Shown one piece after another: positions 1 through 10,799 of a stretch of DNA of 64,000 bases. The first letter of the stretch is position 1. Each line of letters opens with the position of its first letter. Made by a program: the position numbers and the translations under genes. The notes under the pieces were generated by a model. It was not told where the DNA came from. It ran no database searches and saw only the letters and a list, made by a program, of their open reading frames with translations. Source of the DNA: a virus; the IMG/VR virus record IMGVR_UViG_3300033150_001234, positions 27,307 to 91,306 of that record; one strand, given 5' to 3'.

Positions 1-2
1 CA

Positions 3-92
3 GTTGAGCCCCCGAAAAAGCAAGTACAGCAAGGTCCTCAGCCGACAAATGCAACGGCACCAATCAGAAAGAAAGCTGCAAAAAGAAGTTAA
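3..92 (+). CDS. C-terminal end of an upstream gene (partial; Pro/Gln/Lys-rich tail)
   Basis: Open frame from window edge VEPPKKQVQQGPQPTNATAPIRKKAAKRS ending at TAA 90-92. Confidence 0.5.
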   Translation, partial: VEPPKKQVQQGPQPTNATAPIRKKAAKRS

Positions 93-146
93 CCTTTAGT
101 ATATAATAAATATATTAAAGAGTATTAAGTTGAGGGGAATATTGTA

Positions 147-2223
147 ATGTTCCAAATAAAAATTATACGTGATGATAGATGTAAAAATCATTTTTGTCAG
201 GATTCTAAACACCCTTCTATTTATAGGTGTAGTGAATCGCTATTTATAAAATTTCAGCGTAGTCCATTGATTTTGACAGATGATAAACTTAAAAAACACC
301 CTAATCACTTTTGGTTAGATATCAATAAACAAGGGATAATAGGATGATTGAGGGTAGGGAATTTAAAAGTGGAAAAAAAGAAAAACGTAGTAGAAGAGAT
401 TAAAAAAATAATTTGCGGTGATTGTAAGGCAATAGTAACTGAATGTAAATTATGTTTAAAAAATAGACAAGTTATATGTTTAAATAATTTGTTTTACAAT
501 ATTTTAAAAGGTGAACGCCAAAGAATTCAAGTAAATATTGAGGGTCTTAATGTTGAGAAAGTACTTGAAGATATGTATAAAAATAAGGGGAGTGCAGATT
601 TACTTAAGAACATTTTAATTTGGATTGTTAATGGAAAACCTATTTTAAAGGGCACTCAAAATGAAAAAAGTATTAAGGATAAAAAAGAAACTGGATGAAG
701 TAGTAACTAATTTTAATAATCAAATAACAATATTGGAAGCCACTAATGATTGTAAAATACATCACTTTTCCTATTTAGACATTATAATCAAAGATATGAA
801 GCAACATATTTTTTATTCAAAGAAGGGCAAATCATTATGATATGGCAAATAAAAAAACTCAATAGTTATACAGTTTCTAATACAATTTGGAGTACACTCT
901 AAAATGTGTAAACCCATTGAGTTATCAGAATTATTAGAACTTAGAGAAATATCTTTAAAATTAAGAGAATATGCTGCAAGATTAGTTGAGTTTGAAGATA
1001 AGCACATATTTGCAAAAGCAATGAGAGAAAGTCTTGATGAATGCATAACAGAATTAGATAAGGTGCACCATGCACTCGATATAGATATTTATAGAATAGA
1101 AAAGAGTGAATAATATATGAGCAGAGTTACAGTTATGAAAGACGTATTACAAAATCTATATATCCTGTGGAAAAGTCATCCTAAGTTGAGATTGGGTCAA
1201 GTTATAACTGTGCTCAATGCTGATTTAAAAAAAGAATTGTATGATATTTCCGATAAGGAGTTTTTAGTACAGATTAAACGGGAGTTGCAAAAGTGTTAAA
1301 AACTAAATTTAAATGTCCTAAATGCGGTCAGAAAGTAGTTATCGAGGGTACGACTAAGCAAATGTGCCCTTATTGCGGTTATATTAAGAAAGAAAGACCT
1401 GATAAAACCGTAAGGAGAACCTGGAATATAAATCCATTTGAGAAAATACTTCAAAAGAAATCTAAAGAATTACCTGAGCAAGAAGACATCGAGGAGAGGC
1501 TTGATTAATTATGAAATATGTCGGACATATTAATATAGGGAATAATCAGGCAGGTAAGGGAGACGGTTATCGCCCAAAATCAAAATGTCCTAATGAAAAA
1601 CTCTTCTTTACATTAAAGCAAGTTAAGGAATTTGAGAGTAAGCATAAAGGGATGCATTGTTATTTGTGTAAAAGAAGAATTCACATTTCAAGAACCTTTT
1701 TACTATACGGAAAAAAGCTCGTAGTTTGCGACAAATGTGAAAAAGGGGTGTATATGTAATGAGAATGTCCTATTGCGATTTATGTGGTGCACCCGTACGC
1801 GATACAAGGTATTTCATGTTGATAGTAAAAGGAACAAGTGATGATAGTTACGCTATACCCAAAATAAATAACTTATATGATGTAGACAGAAAAGAAATTT
1901 GTGGAAATTGTAAAAAGATTTTAGATAGGTTGTTCGTAGGTAAATTACAGGCTTTAAAGGATATTAATAAGGAAATTGAAAGACTTTTTAGGTTATCTAG
2001 TTAGGGAGAACATACTATGAAAAAAAAGAAGAAAAAGGAAGTAAGATATGTCAGATATCCAAAAGAAGCTTATCGCAACACAATAAAATTGAGATGCTAT
2101 ATCTGTAAAGAAGTATCTCATATAACTGTAAATCACGATTGGGAAAAAACATATACTGAAGAAGTCATTAAACGCTGGACTTGCTGGAAATGTCGCCCGA
2201 GGAAAAGTGGAAAGATATATTAG
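147..2223 (+). CDS. Cluster of about 8 small hypothetical ORFs, several with CxxC zinc-ribbon motifs
   Basis: Tightly packed + strand ORFs 147-347, 348-698, 904-1113, 1117-1299, 1293-1508 (CPKC..CPYC), 1511-1759, 1759-2004 (CDLC..CGNC), 2017-2223 (CYIC..CWKC). Confidence 0.6.
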
Positions 2224-2282
2224 AGAACCGCTCTTAAAGCCCTGCCCGTAATATTAATCTAAATATAAAATACCCACTTATT

Positions 2283-2297
2283 TATAGTTTCTTTACT
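2283..2297 (+). promoter_or_regulatory. Putative late-promoter motif TATAGTTTCTTTACT, copy 1
   Basis: Exact 15-bp match to 9500-9514; both intergenic and directly upstream of structural gene blocks. Confidence 0.55.
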
Positions 2298-2300
2298 AAT

Positions 2301-2630
2301 ATGGAAACTATCTTAATCCCAATACTTATACAAATATTATTAGTTATACTATGTATGGGTATAACTATTCTTGTTATAAAATTAAATAATTTATTCAAGA
2401 AAAAACATATTGAAATTGAGCAAGAATTATTAGCAAGAGTAGTAGGGGTAGCAGTATCTTGGGTAGAACAAGAACATTTTGATGATGATAATTCTAATAA
2501 ATATTCTTTAGTATATCAGTATGTAGAGGATAAATTAGATGTATGGGGTTGCAAGATTGAACCAGAAGATATACAAAAGGTAATCGAAGCTACACTGAAT
2601 ACATTTAAGAGACTAAAAGGGAAAAAATAA
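2301..2630 (+). CDS. Putative holin (LL-H-like)
   Basis: N-terminal hydrophobic helix followed by VGVAVSWVEQ...K pattern and basic C-terminus. Confidence 0.55.
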   Translation: METILIPILIQILLVILCMGITILVIKLNNLFKKKHIEIEQELLARVVGVAVSWVEQEHFDDDNSNKYSLVYQYVEDKLDVWGCKIEPEDIQKVIEATLNTFKRLKGKK

Positions 2631-2632
2631 TT

Positions 2633-2974
2633 ATGGCTAATTTGAACGATTTTTATCGAGGCGATACTAAAGTATATAATTTAACCTTCAAAGATGGTGA
2701 CGGCGTAGTGATAGACATTACGGGTTGGGTAATATTAATGACCTTTAAGGTAAGTCCACACGATGCTGATGCAGAAGCAGCAGTACAGGAAACAGCAGTA
2801 TTAACAAATCCTACTGCAGGGGAAGCTAGGGTTACACTGTCATATGAGGTGACAGATGATTTACTCGGTAGATATTTTTACGGTATACAGGCTAAAAAAG
2901 AAGGTGGTAGTATAGGTACCGTAACAAGTGGTTTTGTTATTGTTAAATATGATGCAACAAGGAGTACAGTATAA
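2633..2974 (+). CDS. BppU N-terminal-like / fibre adaptor protein
   Basis: YRGDT...LTFKD.DG..IDITG...TAGE..VTL...Y.YGIQ pattern; directly precedes fibre gene. Confidence 0.6.
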   Translation: MANLNDFYRGDTKVYNLTFKDGDGVVIDITGWVILMTFKVSPHDADAEAAVQETAVLTNPTAGEARVTLSYEVTDDLLGRYFYGIQAKKEGGSIGTVTSGFVIVKYDATRSTV

Positions 2975-5900
2975 TGCCAGAAGATATTAATGTAACCATA
3001 ACAGAAGAAACAATAGCTGTAGGGATAGAAGGTAGTTCTTTTTCAATTGCAATGATAGACATAACTGATGTTGACTTGACAGGGTTAGTCGATGGTAACT
3101 TATTACAATATAATCTAAGTACTAAAAAATGGGAAGTAGCAGATTATCCAACAAGTGCTATTTGGGGAAGTATTACAGGAACCCTAGACGACCAAACTGA
3201 TTTACAAAATGCTTTAGATGCAAAAGCAGCTTTAATACACACACACACCGAATCAAATATCACAGATTTAGATAAATATACACAAGCAGAAGTAGATGCT
3301 TTAATTGCTGCAATCGGGAAGGGTTCTATAGCAGAACTATCTGATGTAGATGTTACTTTAATTGCTAATGATAAGATTTTAAAATATAATTCTACCACTA
3401 GTAAGTGGGAATGCAAGGATGATAGTTCGGGTACAAGTGCTATTTGGGGAAATATTACAGGAACTCTTTCTAATCAAACAGATTTACAATTAGTTTTGGA
3501 TGATAAAGCATCCTTAGTTCATACACATGTTGAAGCTAATATAACTGATCTCGATAAATATACACAGGCAGAAGTTAATTTGTTAGTCGCCAATGCAAGT
3601 AATTGGGATTTGGCATATGGGTGGGGTGACCATGCTTTGGCTGGATATCTTACAGTTGAAACGGACCCAATATTTTTAGCCTCAGAAGCAGCTAATTTTG
3701 CCGCAGGAGATAAATCGAAACTAGATGCAATAGAAGCAGGTGCAGAAGTAAACGTACAAAGTGATTGGGATGCGGTATCTGGTGATAGTAAAATATTAAA
3801 TAAACCCACTATTCCAACAGCATTATCTGAATTAAGTGATGACTCTACACATAGATTAGTTACCGATTCAGAAAAATCAACTTGGAATGCTAAATCAGAT
3901 TTAACATTAACCGAAGTAAAGAGTGATGCTGATATAGCTTCTGCAATTTCATTAAAACACTCTAATGCTTTAGACCATGTTCAAAATAGTGACACCGATT
4001 TAGACCCAACATTTGAAGCAACCTTTGTTAAAAAAGTTGACACCGTAAATGTATTGTCGGATATTACTTCAGCAGGAGCAGACATTGAAGATGCTGTTTC
4101 TAAAAAACATGACGGCGGAACCCAAGACACTGCAATAGGTTTAAATACTGCGCATAGGGGTTTGGTATCAGGTAACCCTCACAGTGTAACTCCAACTGAA
4201 TTATCTTTGGTTATTGGCACAGATGTACAAGCCTATGATGAAGCATTATCAAGTATCGCAGGATTAACTTATGTGACTGATTCATTTATTAAAATGACAG
4301 CAGAAAATGTTTATGGAGTCAGAACAATAGCAGAAACAAAGTCAGATTTAAGTTTGAATAATGTAGATAATGTTCAGCAAATGCCATTAACTTATTTAGA
4401 TACAGATGCTACTTTAGCGGCAGATTCTGATGTAAGGGTTCCTTCACAAAAAGCAGCAAAAACTTATATCGATGCATTAATAGCAGCACAAGACGCTATG
4501 GTTTATAAAGGAGTCATTGATGCAAGTGGTAATCCTAATTATCTTGCTGCAGATGCAGGTCATACATACAGAATTAGTGTGGCTGGAAAGATTGGTGGAG
4601 CTTCTGGAATAAATGTTGAAGTAGGTGATTTAGTACTGTGTAATACAGATAGTACGGCATCGGGTGACCAAGCTACCGTAGGAGCTTATTGGAATATCAT
4701 ACAAACGAATTTAGATGGTGCTGTAATAGGCTGCGCGTCCGCTGTAGATAGTAATTTAGTAGCCTTTGATGGTGTTACGGGTAAACTAATCAAAGATTCT
4801 CTATTAACTTCGACTAATGTGTCTGATGCAGTTTCTAAAAAACACACACAAAATACTGATACAGATTTAGATTCTACATTTGAAGAAACCTTTGTTAAAA
4901 AACTAGATACAGTAAATGTACTTTCTGACATTACTTCACCTGGTGCTGATATTGAAGATGCAGTAACTAAAAAACACACTCAAGGTTCGGATACAGCATT
5001 GGGGGCACAAGCAGAAAACCTTGATATGAATTCCCATAAAATAGTTTCATTATCTGTTCCAAGTTCTAATGGAGATTCAATTAGAGCTACAACTAAAATA
5101 ACCGAAGCAAATTTAGAAAGTGCTATAGACTTAAAACATAGTAATGCAAGTGACCATACACAAGGAACTGACCAGAAATTAGATGATGGCGGTGCAAACG
5201 AAGTTACTGTAGCAAACGTAAAAGATGCTGTAGATAAAAAACACGCACAAAATAGTGACACCGATTTAGACCCAACATTTGAAGCGACATTTGTTAAAAA
5301 ACTTGATACAGTTAATGTATTATCAGATATCACTTCACCTGGTGCTGACATAGAATCCGCAGTTAGTTTAAAACATGACGGCGGAACCCAAGATACTGCT
5401 ATAGGTTTAAATACTTCACATAGAACCTCTAGTGGTGTTGACCATAGTTATATTGACCAAAGTGTAGTTAGCGGCGCAACCCCTGTTTTTGGAATTGATA
5501 ATCTTACTGATGGTGGTGGATTGGTTTTAATTACATCCACTCAAGAAACTCATTTTGAAACCGCTTATTCACATAGTCAGATTGTAGTAGGGAATCCCCA
5601 CGCAATCGATATTACAGACCTTACATCCTATGCGCATAATTCATTATCCAATTTAAACGAAGGAGAATATTTACATTTATCATCTGCTGAATATGCTGCA
5701 TTACATCCTGCGGTTACAGTAGCTGGAGCACCATTAACATTATCTACACAAGAAATAACCTTTAATTATGATAGTAATCATTTTGGATTAAGTGGAAATA
5801 ATTTACAAATAAAAGAAGATGGAATTGATGAAACATTAATAGACTGGGGAGATGGAGCAAATCAAGTTAATTCAGACAGTATTCCTGACCATAACGGTCA

Positions 5901-8169
5901 TAGCATTTTAGATACCTTTAATCATATAATTAATAGGGGTAAAGCAGCAACAATAACAATTTCTTTAACAGGAGGATTGGGAATTAGTTGGACTTCAGGT
6001 GAAGTTTATGATAAAGCAAATTATTTATTTGTTGCTACAGATGCAGGAAGCGGTAATGTATCTGATAATAAAGTTAATTATCTTAAATGGGTTAGTGGAA
6101 CCGCACTTACTATTTCTACTGATGGCACATCTGGTGATGAGATTTTAATAGCGAAAATTACTGTTTATGATGGTATTATAAATGGATACCGTGAAACAGT
6201 ATTAGAGAATGAAACTGTAGCTAATACACGTAGAGCATTAAGGGAATCTTTTCCAACAAGGGTAATTAGCGGAATGGTTGTTAGTGAAGATACCAATGTT
6301 TATTCCCCTACAGCAGATTTAGATGTTATAATGAGTGCTGGAGTAGTATATAAAGATGGTATTGAAAGAGTAACACCAGTTGAAATTAAATCACATGATA
6401 CTGTATTAGTAAGACATTTTCATACAGCAGGTGTATTAGATTATGATACTGATGATGAAGTCGATATGGCTAATTATGATAATCCAGATAAGGCTGGTGG
6501 GCAAGGATTAGAAGCACTTCCAGGTAATAAATGGGTTAAATCTTATTTTATTTTTATGAATGGTAAGATAGGTTGGATTTATCCAACAGAGTATTTTAAT
6601 ACTAAGGCACAAGCATTAGATGCAGCTTTATCAGCTATACCTCCCGGATTAGCTATAGCTCCAAAATTAACTGCAATAGTTTATAATTCAAATGATACAG
6701 ATTTTACAAATACAATCTGGCAAGATATAAGAGCTGGAATAAGCGAAGAAAGTTTTAATTTAGTTACAAATCATAATGATTTAGCTGGTTTAGATAGTGG
6801 TGATTATCAACATTTAACTCAAGCAGAACATGATGAATTAACTCAATGGATGGATGATGTTACTTTAGGCGCGAGTGGGTCATTAACCTTACCAACAGGT
6901 CAAAATTTTACAATAGGTTCAACTCAATGGAATACTGGTGATAATATAGATGCTTCTAAATTATCAGGCACAATTCCCGCAGCAGTTTTACAAGCCGAAT
7001 GGGATGCAGCTTATAGTCATATTTCAAACGATGGAACAGACCATTCTTATATTGACCAAGATTTACAACAAGCAGCAAGTCCTACTTTTGCGGGATTAAC
7101 AGTAACAAATGCTATTACAGAATTTTCAACTGACGGAACATTAGGTGATGATTCTGATTCAGCATTACCAACAGAAAAAGCTGTTAAAACATATGTAGAT
7201 AATGCTGTAAGCGGAGAAGATTTTTGGGATAGAGCAGACACAACATTAAGCCCCCATAATGCAAATGATAATGTAGATATTGGTTCAGGTGATTTTTTAA
7301 CAACCGGAAAATTACAGATTAGAGATGCAAATATTTATATTAATTCAAATGATGATGGGCATCTTGATTTAACTGCCGATACTAGTATTGATTTAAATTC
7401 AAATACAAGTATATATGGTAGTTTACTAGTTGAAGAAACAAATTCAGGCGGATATGAATATGTTCAATTAAGAAACCTAGGTACATCTGGTTATGGTATT
7501 GGTATAAATTTTTATGATGCTTACGCAGGAGGAACAGCTACTCCAAATATTAGAGCTATGATGAGAGGACAACCAAACGGTAGTCTTCCGGGTGGTAAGC
7601 TTGGTATATGGACAGCCGATTCCAATGATGTTTTACAAGAAAGATTATTAATAAATGCAAGTGGAACTTTAAGTATACCTACAACAGCGAAATTACAATT
7701 AAGAGATGCTGGTATTTATATAAATTCAAATGATGATGGACACTTAGATTTAACAGCAGATACAAGTATAGATTTAAATTGTGATGTTGAGGTGTCTGGT
7801 GAAATAAATACAGTAGGGTGGACAGATTATTCAGGTACTACTATTGTTACTGGATTTTTATCTACTTCAGTTCTTCAAGTATATTTTAAAAAAATAGGTA
7901 AGCTTGTTTTTTGTACATATTATATATCGGGTGTAAGTAATCTGGCAACTTTAACATTTACTGTTCCATATACTAGTAGTAATACAATAGATAATTATAC
8001 ATTAGCTACACAAGCTTCTGATAATGGACATGCTTTAACTGCTCAAGCGATGGCGGTATTAGAAAAAAATTCTGCTATTGTTGATTGTTATAAAACTATA
8101 GCAGCAGGGGCATGGACAGCAAGTGATACGAAATCAATATTAGGTCAATTTTGGTATGAAACATCTTAA
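2974..8169 (+). CDS. Large repetitive fibre (tail/neck fibre-like) protein, 1731 aa
   Basis: Gly/Asp/Thr-rich; internal repeats (WGxITGTLxxQTDLQ x2; DTDLDxTFExTFVKKxDTVNVLSDITSxGADIE x3; LQxRDAxIYINSNDDGHLDLTADTSIDLN x2); beta-rich C-terminal receptor-binding-like domain. Confidence 0.8.
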   Translation: MPEDINVTITEETIAVGIEGSSFSIAMIDITDVDLTGLVDGNLLQYNLSTKKWEVADYPTSAIWGSITGTLDDQTDLQNALDAKAALIHTHTESNITDLDKYTQAEVDALIAAIGKGSIAELSDVDVTLIANDKILKYNSTTSKWECKDDSSGTSAIWGNITGTLSNQTDLQLVLDDKASLVHTHVEANITDLDKYTQAEVNLLVANASNWDLAYGWGDHALAGYLTVETDPIFLASEAANFAAGDKSKLDAIEAGAEVNVQSDWDAVSGDSKILNKPTIPTALSELSDDSTHRLVTDSEKSTWNAKSDLTLTEVKSDADIASAISLKHSNALDHVQNSDTDLDPTFEATFVKKVDTVNVLSDITSAGADIEDAVSKKHDGGTQDTAIGLNTAHRGLVSGNPHSVTPTELSLVIGTDVQAYDEALSSIAGLTYVTDSFIKMTAENVYGVRTIAETKSDLSLNNVDNVQQMPLTYLDTDATLAADSDVRVPSQKAAKTYIDALIAAQDAMVYKGVIDASGNPNYLAADAGHTYRISVAGKIGGASGINVEVGDLVLCNTDSTASGDQATVGAYWNIIQTNLDGAVIGCASAVDSNLVAFDGVTGKLIKDSLLTSTNVSDAVSKKHTQNTDTDLDSTFEETFVKKLDTVNVLSDITSPGADIEDAVTKKHTQGSDTALGAQAENLDMNSHKIVSLSVPSSNGDSIRATTKITEANLESAIDLKHSNASDHTQGTDQKLDDGGANEVTVANVKDAVDKKHAQNSDTDLDPTFEATFVKKLDTVNVLSDITSPGADIESAVSLKHDGGTQDTAIGLNTSHRTSSGVDHSYIDQSVVSGATPVFGIDNLTDGGGLVLITSTQETHFETAYSHSQIVVGNPHAIDITDLTSYAHNSLSNLNEGEYLHLSSAEYAALHPAVTVAGAPLTLSTQEITFNYDSNHFGLSGNNLQIKEDGIDETLIDWGDGANQVNSDSIPDHNGHSILDTFNHIINRGKAATITISLTGGLGISWTSGEVYDKANYLFVATDAGSGNVSDNKVNYLKWVSGTALTISTDGTSGDEILIAKITVYDGIINGYRETVLENETVANTRRALRESFPTRVISGMVVSEDTNVYSPTADLDVIMSAGVVYKDGIERVTPVEIKSHDTVLVRHFHTAGVLDYDTDDEVDMANYDNPDKAGGQGLEALPGNKWVKSYFIFMNGKIGWIYPTEYFNTKAQALDAALSAIPPGLAIAPKLTAIVYNSNDTDFTNTIWQDIRAGISEESFNLVTNHNDLAGLDSGDYQHLTQAEHDELTQWMDDVTLGASGSLTLPTGQNFTIGSTQWNTGDNIDASKLSGTIPAAVLQAEWDAAYSHISNDGTDHSYIDQDLQQAASPTFAGLTVTNAITEFSTDGTLGDDSDSALPTEKAVKTYVDNAVSGEDFWDRADTTLSPHNANDNVDIGSGDFLTTGKLQIRDANIYINSNDDGHLDLTADTSIDLNSNTSIYGSLLVEETNSGGYEYVQLRNLGTSGYGIGINFYDAYAGGTATPNIRAMMRGQPNGSLPGGKLGIWTADSNDVLQERLLINASGTLSIPTTAKLQLRDAGIYINSNDDGHLDLTADTSIDLNCDVEVSGEINTVGWTDYSGTTIVTGFLSTSVLQVYFKKIGKLVFCTYYISGVSNLATLTFTVPYTSSNTIDNYTLATQASDNGHALTAQAMAVLEKNSAIVDCYKTIAAGAWTASDTKSILGQFWYETS
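3982..5415 (+). repeat. Three dispersed about 130-170 bp imperfect repeats within the fibre gene
   Basis: Copies near 3982-4149, 4849-4980 and 5248-5415 share DNA and protein sequence. Confidence 0.85.
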
Positions 8170-8185
8170 AAATTAAGGATAAATA

Positions 8186-8479
8186 ATGTTTTGGTATACA
8201 GATTGGAAATTTTTAGGTTTAGTAACTTTATTTATAGCTAATATTTTAGGACAAATTGGTAGTATTATAGCAAGTAATTCTGCTAAAAAAATAAGTACTA
8301 AAATTATGACTAATGATTTAAAACATTTATCAGGGGATGTTAAAGATTTAAAAAAAGATATAGGTGAAACAAATAAAATCGTAAACAATATATGGACAGC
8401 TATAGATGATTTAGGAAAAAAGCAATCAGCTCGAGATGCTATTTGCGAGGAAAGACATAAAAATGATGGGAGGAAATAA
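8186..8479 (+). CDS. Small membrane protein with coiled coil (holin/XhlA-like)
   Basis: N-terminal TM segment and heptad-like C-terminus. Confidence 0.45.
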   Translation: MFWYTDWKFLGLVTLFIANILGQIGSIIASNSAKKISTKIMTNDLKHLSGDVKDLKKDIGETNKIVNNIWTAIDDLGKKQSARDAICEERHKNDGRK

Positions 8480-9477
8480 TGCCTACACCAAAAAAGAATG
8501 AAAAGAAAAAAGATTTTATTGGAAGATGTATTAAATATATTATTGAGAATGAAGGAAAAGAACAAAAACAAGCAGCAGCAATGTGTTATTCTATTTGGGA
8601 AGAGAGTAAGAAAAAAGAGCAGGAAGAAATTATAAATAAAGGTAGAGGTGATGGACAAGGGCAAGGAGGTTCACGTCAGGGTGACGGAGGGGCTAATAAG
8701 TGTGTCTGCACAAGTTGTGGTAAGGAAATATCTCACGTAAAAGGCACACCCTGTACAAAAACTAAGTGTCCTGATTGTGGTTCTTCAATGGTGGGAAAAA
8801 GTAAAGATGATACTAAATCTCTAATCGTCAAAGTACTTAATCATAGTATTAATAAAAGTGAACCTTCTATATTAATAAATGATTCTATTTTAATTAATGC
8901 ACCTGAATTTGAAAAGAAAATAAAAGTAGATAATTTATTATTAACACATTGTCACGGCATCAATTTAGAAGGAATGGATAAGGCAAAAGTAAAAAATCTG
9001 TATGTCTTAGATACTCAAAAACATCTTCACTTTTTAGATTATCATGTAAAAGGATATGACCAAAAATATAATACAACTCTTATTAAAGAATATAAGAATG
9101 TAGAAATTGAAGGTTTAGAAGTAATGCCAATTATAATAAAGCATCAAGTCCAGGAAATATATGGAGATGATTGTTTGGGGTTTATATTTAATAAGAAAGT
9201 GGCGTATATTTCACCATGTCACAGTATTCCTAAAAAATCAATGGAATATTTAAAGGAGATAGATGTATTAATTATTGATGGTGGTTATGAAAATAAAGAA
9301 CTCTATCAAGACCATAAATCAATATATAAAACATTAAAAGAATTTAAAGATTGTGGGATAAAGCGCATCTATTTCTTAGGAACATTTAAAAATTATAAAA
9401 TACAGGGTATTTTGAAAGGGACAAGCATAAGAGTAGATACCTTATTCAAAGGTGATATATTAAAAATAGGGATATAA
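8479..9477 (+). CDS. Multidomain protein: short helical N-domain, Gly linker, Cys-rich Zn ribbon, metallo-beta-lactamase (PhnP-like) fold
   Basis: CVCTSCG..H..G.PC....CPDCG; LLLTHCHG (degenerate HxHxDH), IKH, DVLIIDG, DH. Confidence 0.55.
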   Translation: MPTPKKNEKKKDFIGRCIKYIIENEGKEQKQAAAMCYSIWEESKKKEQEEIINKGRGDGQGQGGSRQGDGGANKCVCTSCGKEISHVKGTPCTKTKCPDCGSSMVGKSKDDTKSLIVKVLNHSINKSEPSILINDSILINAPEFEKKIKVDNLLLTHCHGINLEGMDKAKVKNLYVLDTQKHLHFLDYHVKGYDQKYNTTLIKEYKNVEIEGLEVMPIIIKHQVQEIYGDDCLGFIFNKKVAYISPCHSIPKKSMEYLKEIDVLIIDGGYENKELYQDHKSIYKTLKEFKDCGIKRIYFLGTFKNYKIQGILKGTSIRVDTLFKGDILKIGI

Positions 9478-9499
9478 AAAGATAAAAAAAGTAAGCACA

Positions 9500-9514
9500 T
9501 ATAGTTTCTTTACT
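9500..9514 (+). promoter_or_regulatory. Putative late-promoter motif TATAGTTTCTTTACT, copy 2
   Basis: Exact match to 2283-2297, upstream of protease/capsid genes. Confidence 0.55.
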
Positions 9515-9549
9515 TTAAGGATATTTATAGTTAACTATTGGGAGAAAAA

Positions 9550-10758
9550 ATGGAACCGGTTAAATTTGAATTTTTCACTAATAAATTAGAATTCGGTAGT
9601 TTATCAAAAGGTCAGGGTAAAACAGACGAAAAGTTTTATGTAAGAGGTTATGCTTCTACGCCTGATTTAGATAGACAAGATGAATTAATCACCTGGGAAG
9701 CTCTTAAAAAGGTTGAAGACCACTTAGTTAAAAATAGTACTTTATTCTTTGACCATAATTACGGTAAACCTATTGGAAGAGTAGTAAAGAGTAAAGTAGA
9801 TGAAGTTGGATTATTTATTGAAGCATATATTTCAAAAACACAACCTGATATACGTACCCTTATAGAAGAGGGTATTTTAAATAGGTTTTCTATAGGTGGA
9901 AGAATTTTAGAAATGGAACCGGCACCTGATTTAGGAAAGGAAGCTGCAAGAGTTTTAGATTTAGAATTATTTGAAGTATCTCTGGTAGGTGTACCTGCTA
10001 ATTCAGAAGCTAAGGTGACAGACTATATCAGAAAAGCAATTAGTGATGCGAGAAAAATTGAAAACGAGGAGGAAAAAGTGGCCGATAAGGATACAAAATT
10101 AGAGAACGAAGAAAAGAAAGAAGAAAAAGTCGAAGAAAAGAAAGAAGAAAAAGTCGAAGATTTGGTAATTAAAACTACTGAGGAAGAGGTCGAGTCAGTT
10201 AAAGACGTCAAAGATACACTAAAGCAAATTTTAGACAGTGTCACTAAACAATCAGAGGTAGTTGAACAGTATAAGCCGACTATTTATATATCTTCTGAGG
10301 ATTTTAGTAAGGTTAATAAGATGGAAGTTGGCGACAAAGTCAAGATGGAAATTATAGGTAAAGTTAAATATCTATCAGAGGATGAGACTTCTAAATCTGT
10401 ATCTATCGAGCTAGACGATATAGAATTTGTAGCAAAGAAATTAGAAGTCGAAGAAAAGAAAGAAGAAAAAGTCGAAGAAAAGAAAGAAGAAAAGGTCGAA
10501 GAAAAGAAAGAAGAAAAAGTCGAAGAAAAGAAAGAAGAGGTAGTGGAGGAAAAGAAGCCCGAAGTCAAAGAAGAGGCAGCTACAAGAAAAGGAGTTCAGG
10601 CTGAGGAAAAAGAAGAAGATACTGATAATGCAGTCGTTAAAAAACTTGAAGGCAAATCACTGTCTCAAGTTATAAATGATGAAACATTATTTGAATCATT
10701 ACCTGAAGATATTCAAGAAGAGATTAAAAAACAATACAAATTAAGTATTATAAAATAA
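9550..10758 (+). CDS. HK97-family prohead protease fused to acidic/Lys-rich scaffold-like region
   Basis: GYASTPDLDRQDE, FFDHN, FSIGG, ELFEVSLVGVPAN motifs; ATG 9550 preceded by GGGAG. Confidence 0.92.
   Translation: MEPVKFEFFTNKLEFGSLSKGQGKTDEKFYVRGYASTPDLDRQDELITWEALKKVEDHLVKNSTLFFDHNYGKPIGRVVKSKVDEVGLFIEAYISKTQPDIRTLIEEGILNRFSIGGRILEMEPAPDLGKEAARVLDLELFEVSLVGVPANSEAKVTDYIRKAISDARKIENEEEKVADKDTKLENEEKKEEKVEEKKEEKVEDLVIKTTEEEVESVKDVKDTLKQILDSVTKQSEVVEQYKPTIYISSEDFSKVNKMEVGDKVKMEIIGKVKYLSEDETSKSVSIELDDIEFVAKKLEVEEKKEEKVEEKKEEKVEEKKEEKVEEKKEEVVEEKKPEVKEEAATRKGVQAEEKEEDTDNAVVKKLEGKSLSQVINDETLFESLPEDIQEEIKKQYKLSIIK
10108..10540 (+). repeat. 24-bp tandem repeats encoding EEKKEEKV (2 copies near 10108-10159, 4 near 10447-10540)
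   Basis: gaagaaaagaaagaagaaaaagtc units visible directly. Confidence 0.9.
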
Positions 10759-10799
10759 TAAAGATTTAAAGAGAATATATTAAGAGGAGGTGTAATAGA

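Noticed and set aside
3982-5415. Diversity-generating retroelement TR/VR pair or CRISPR-like array
   Set aside because: Repeats are in-frame coding units with mostly synonymous, non-adenine-specific differences; no reverse transcriptase in the window
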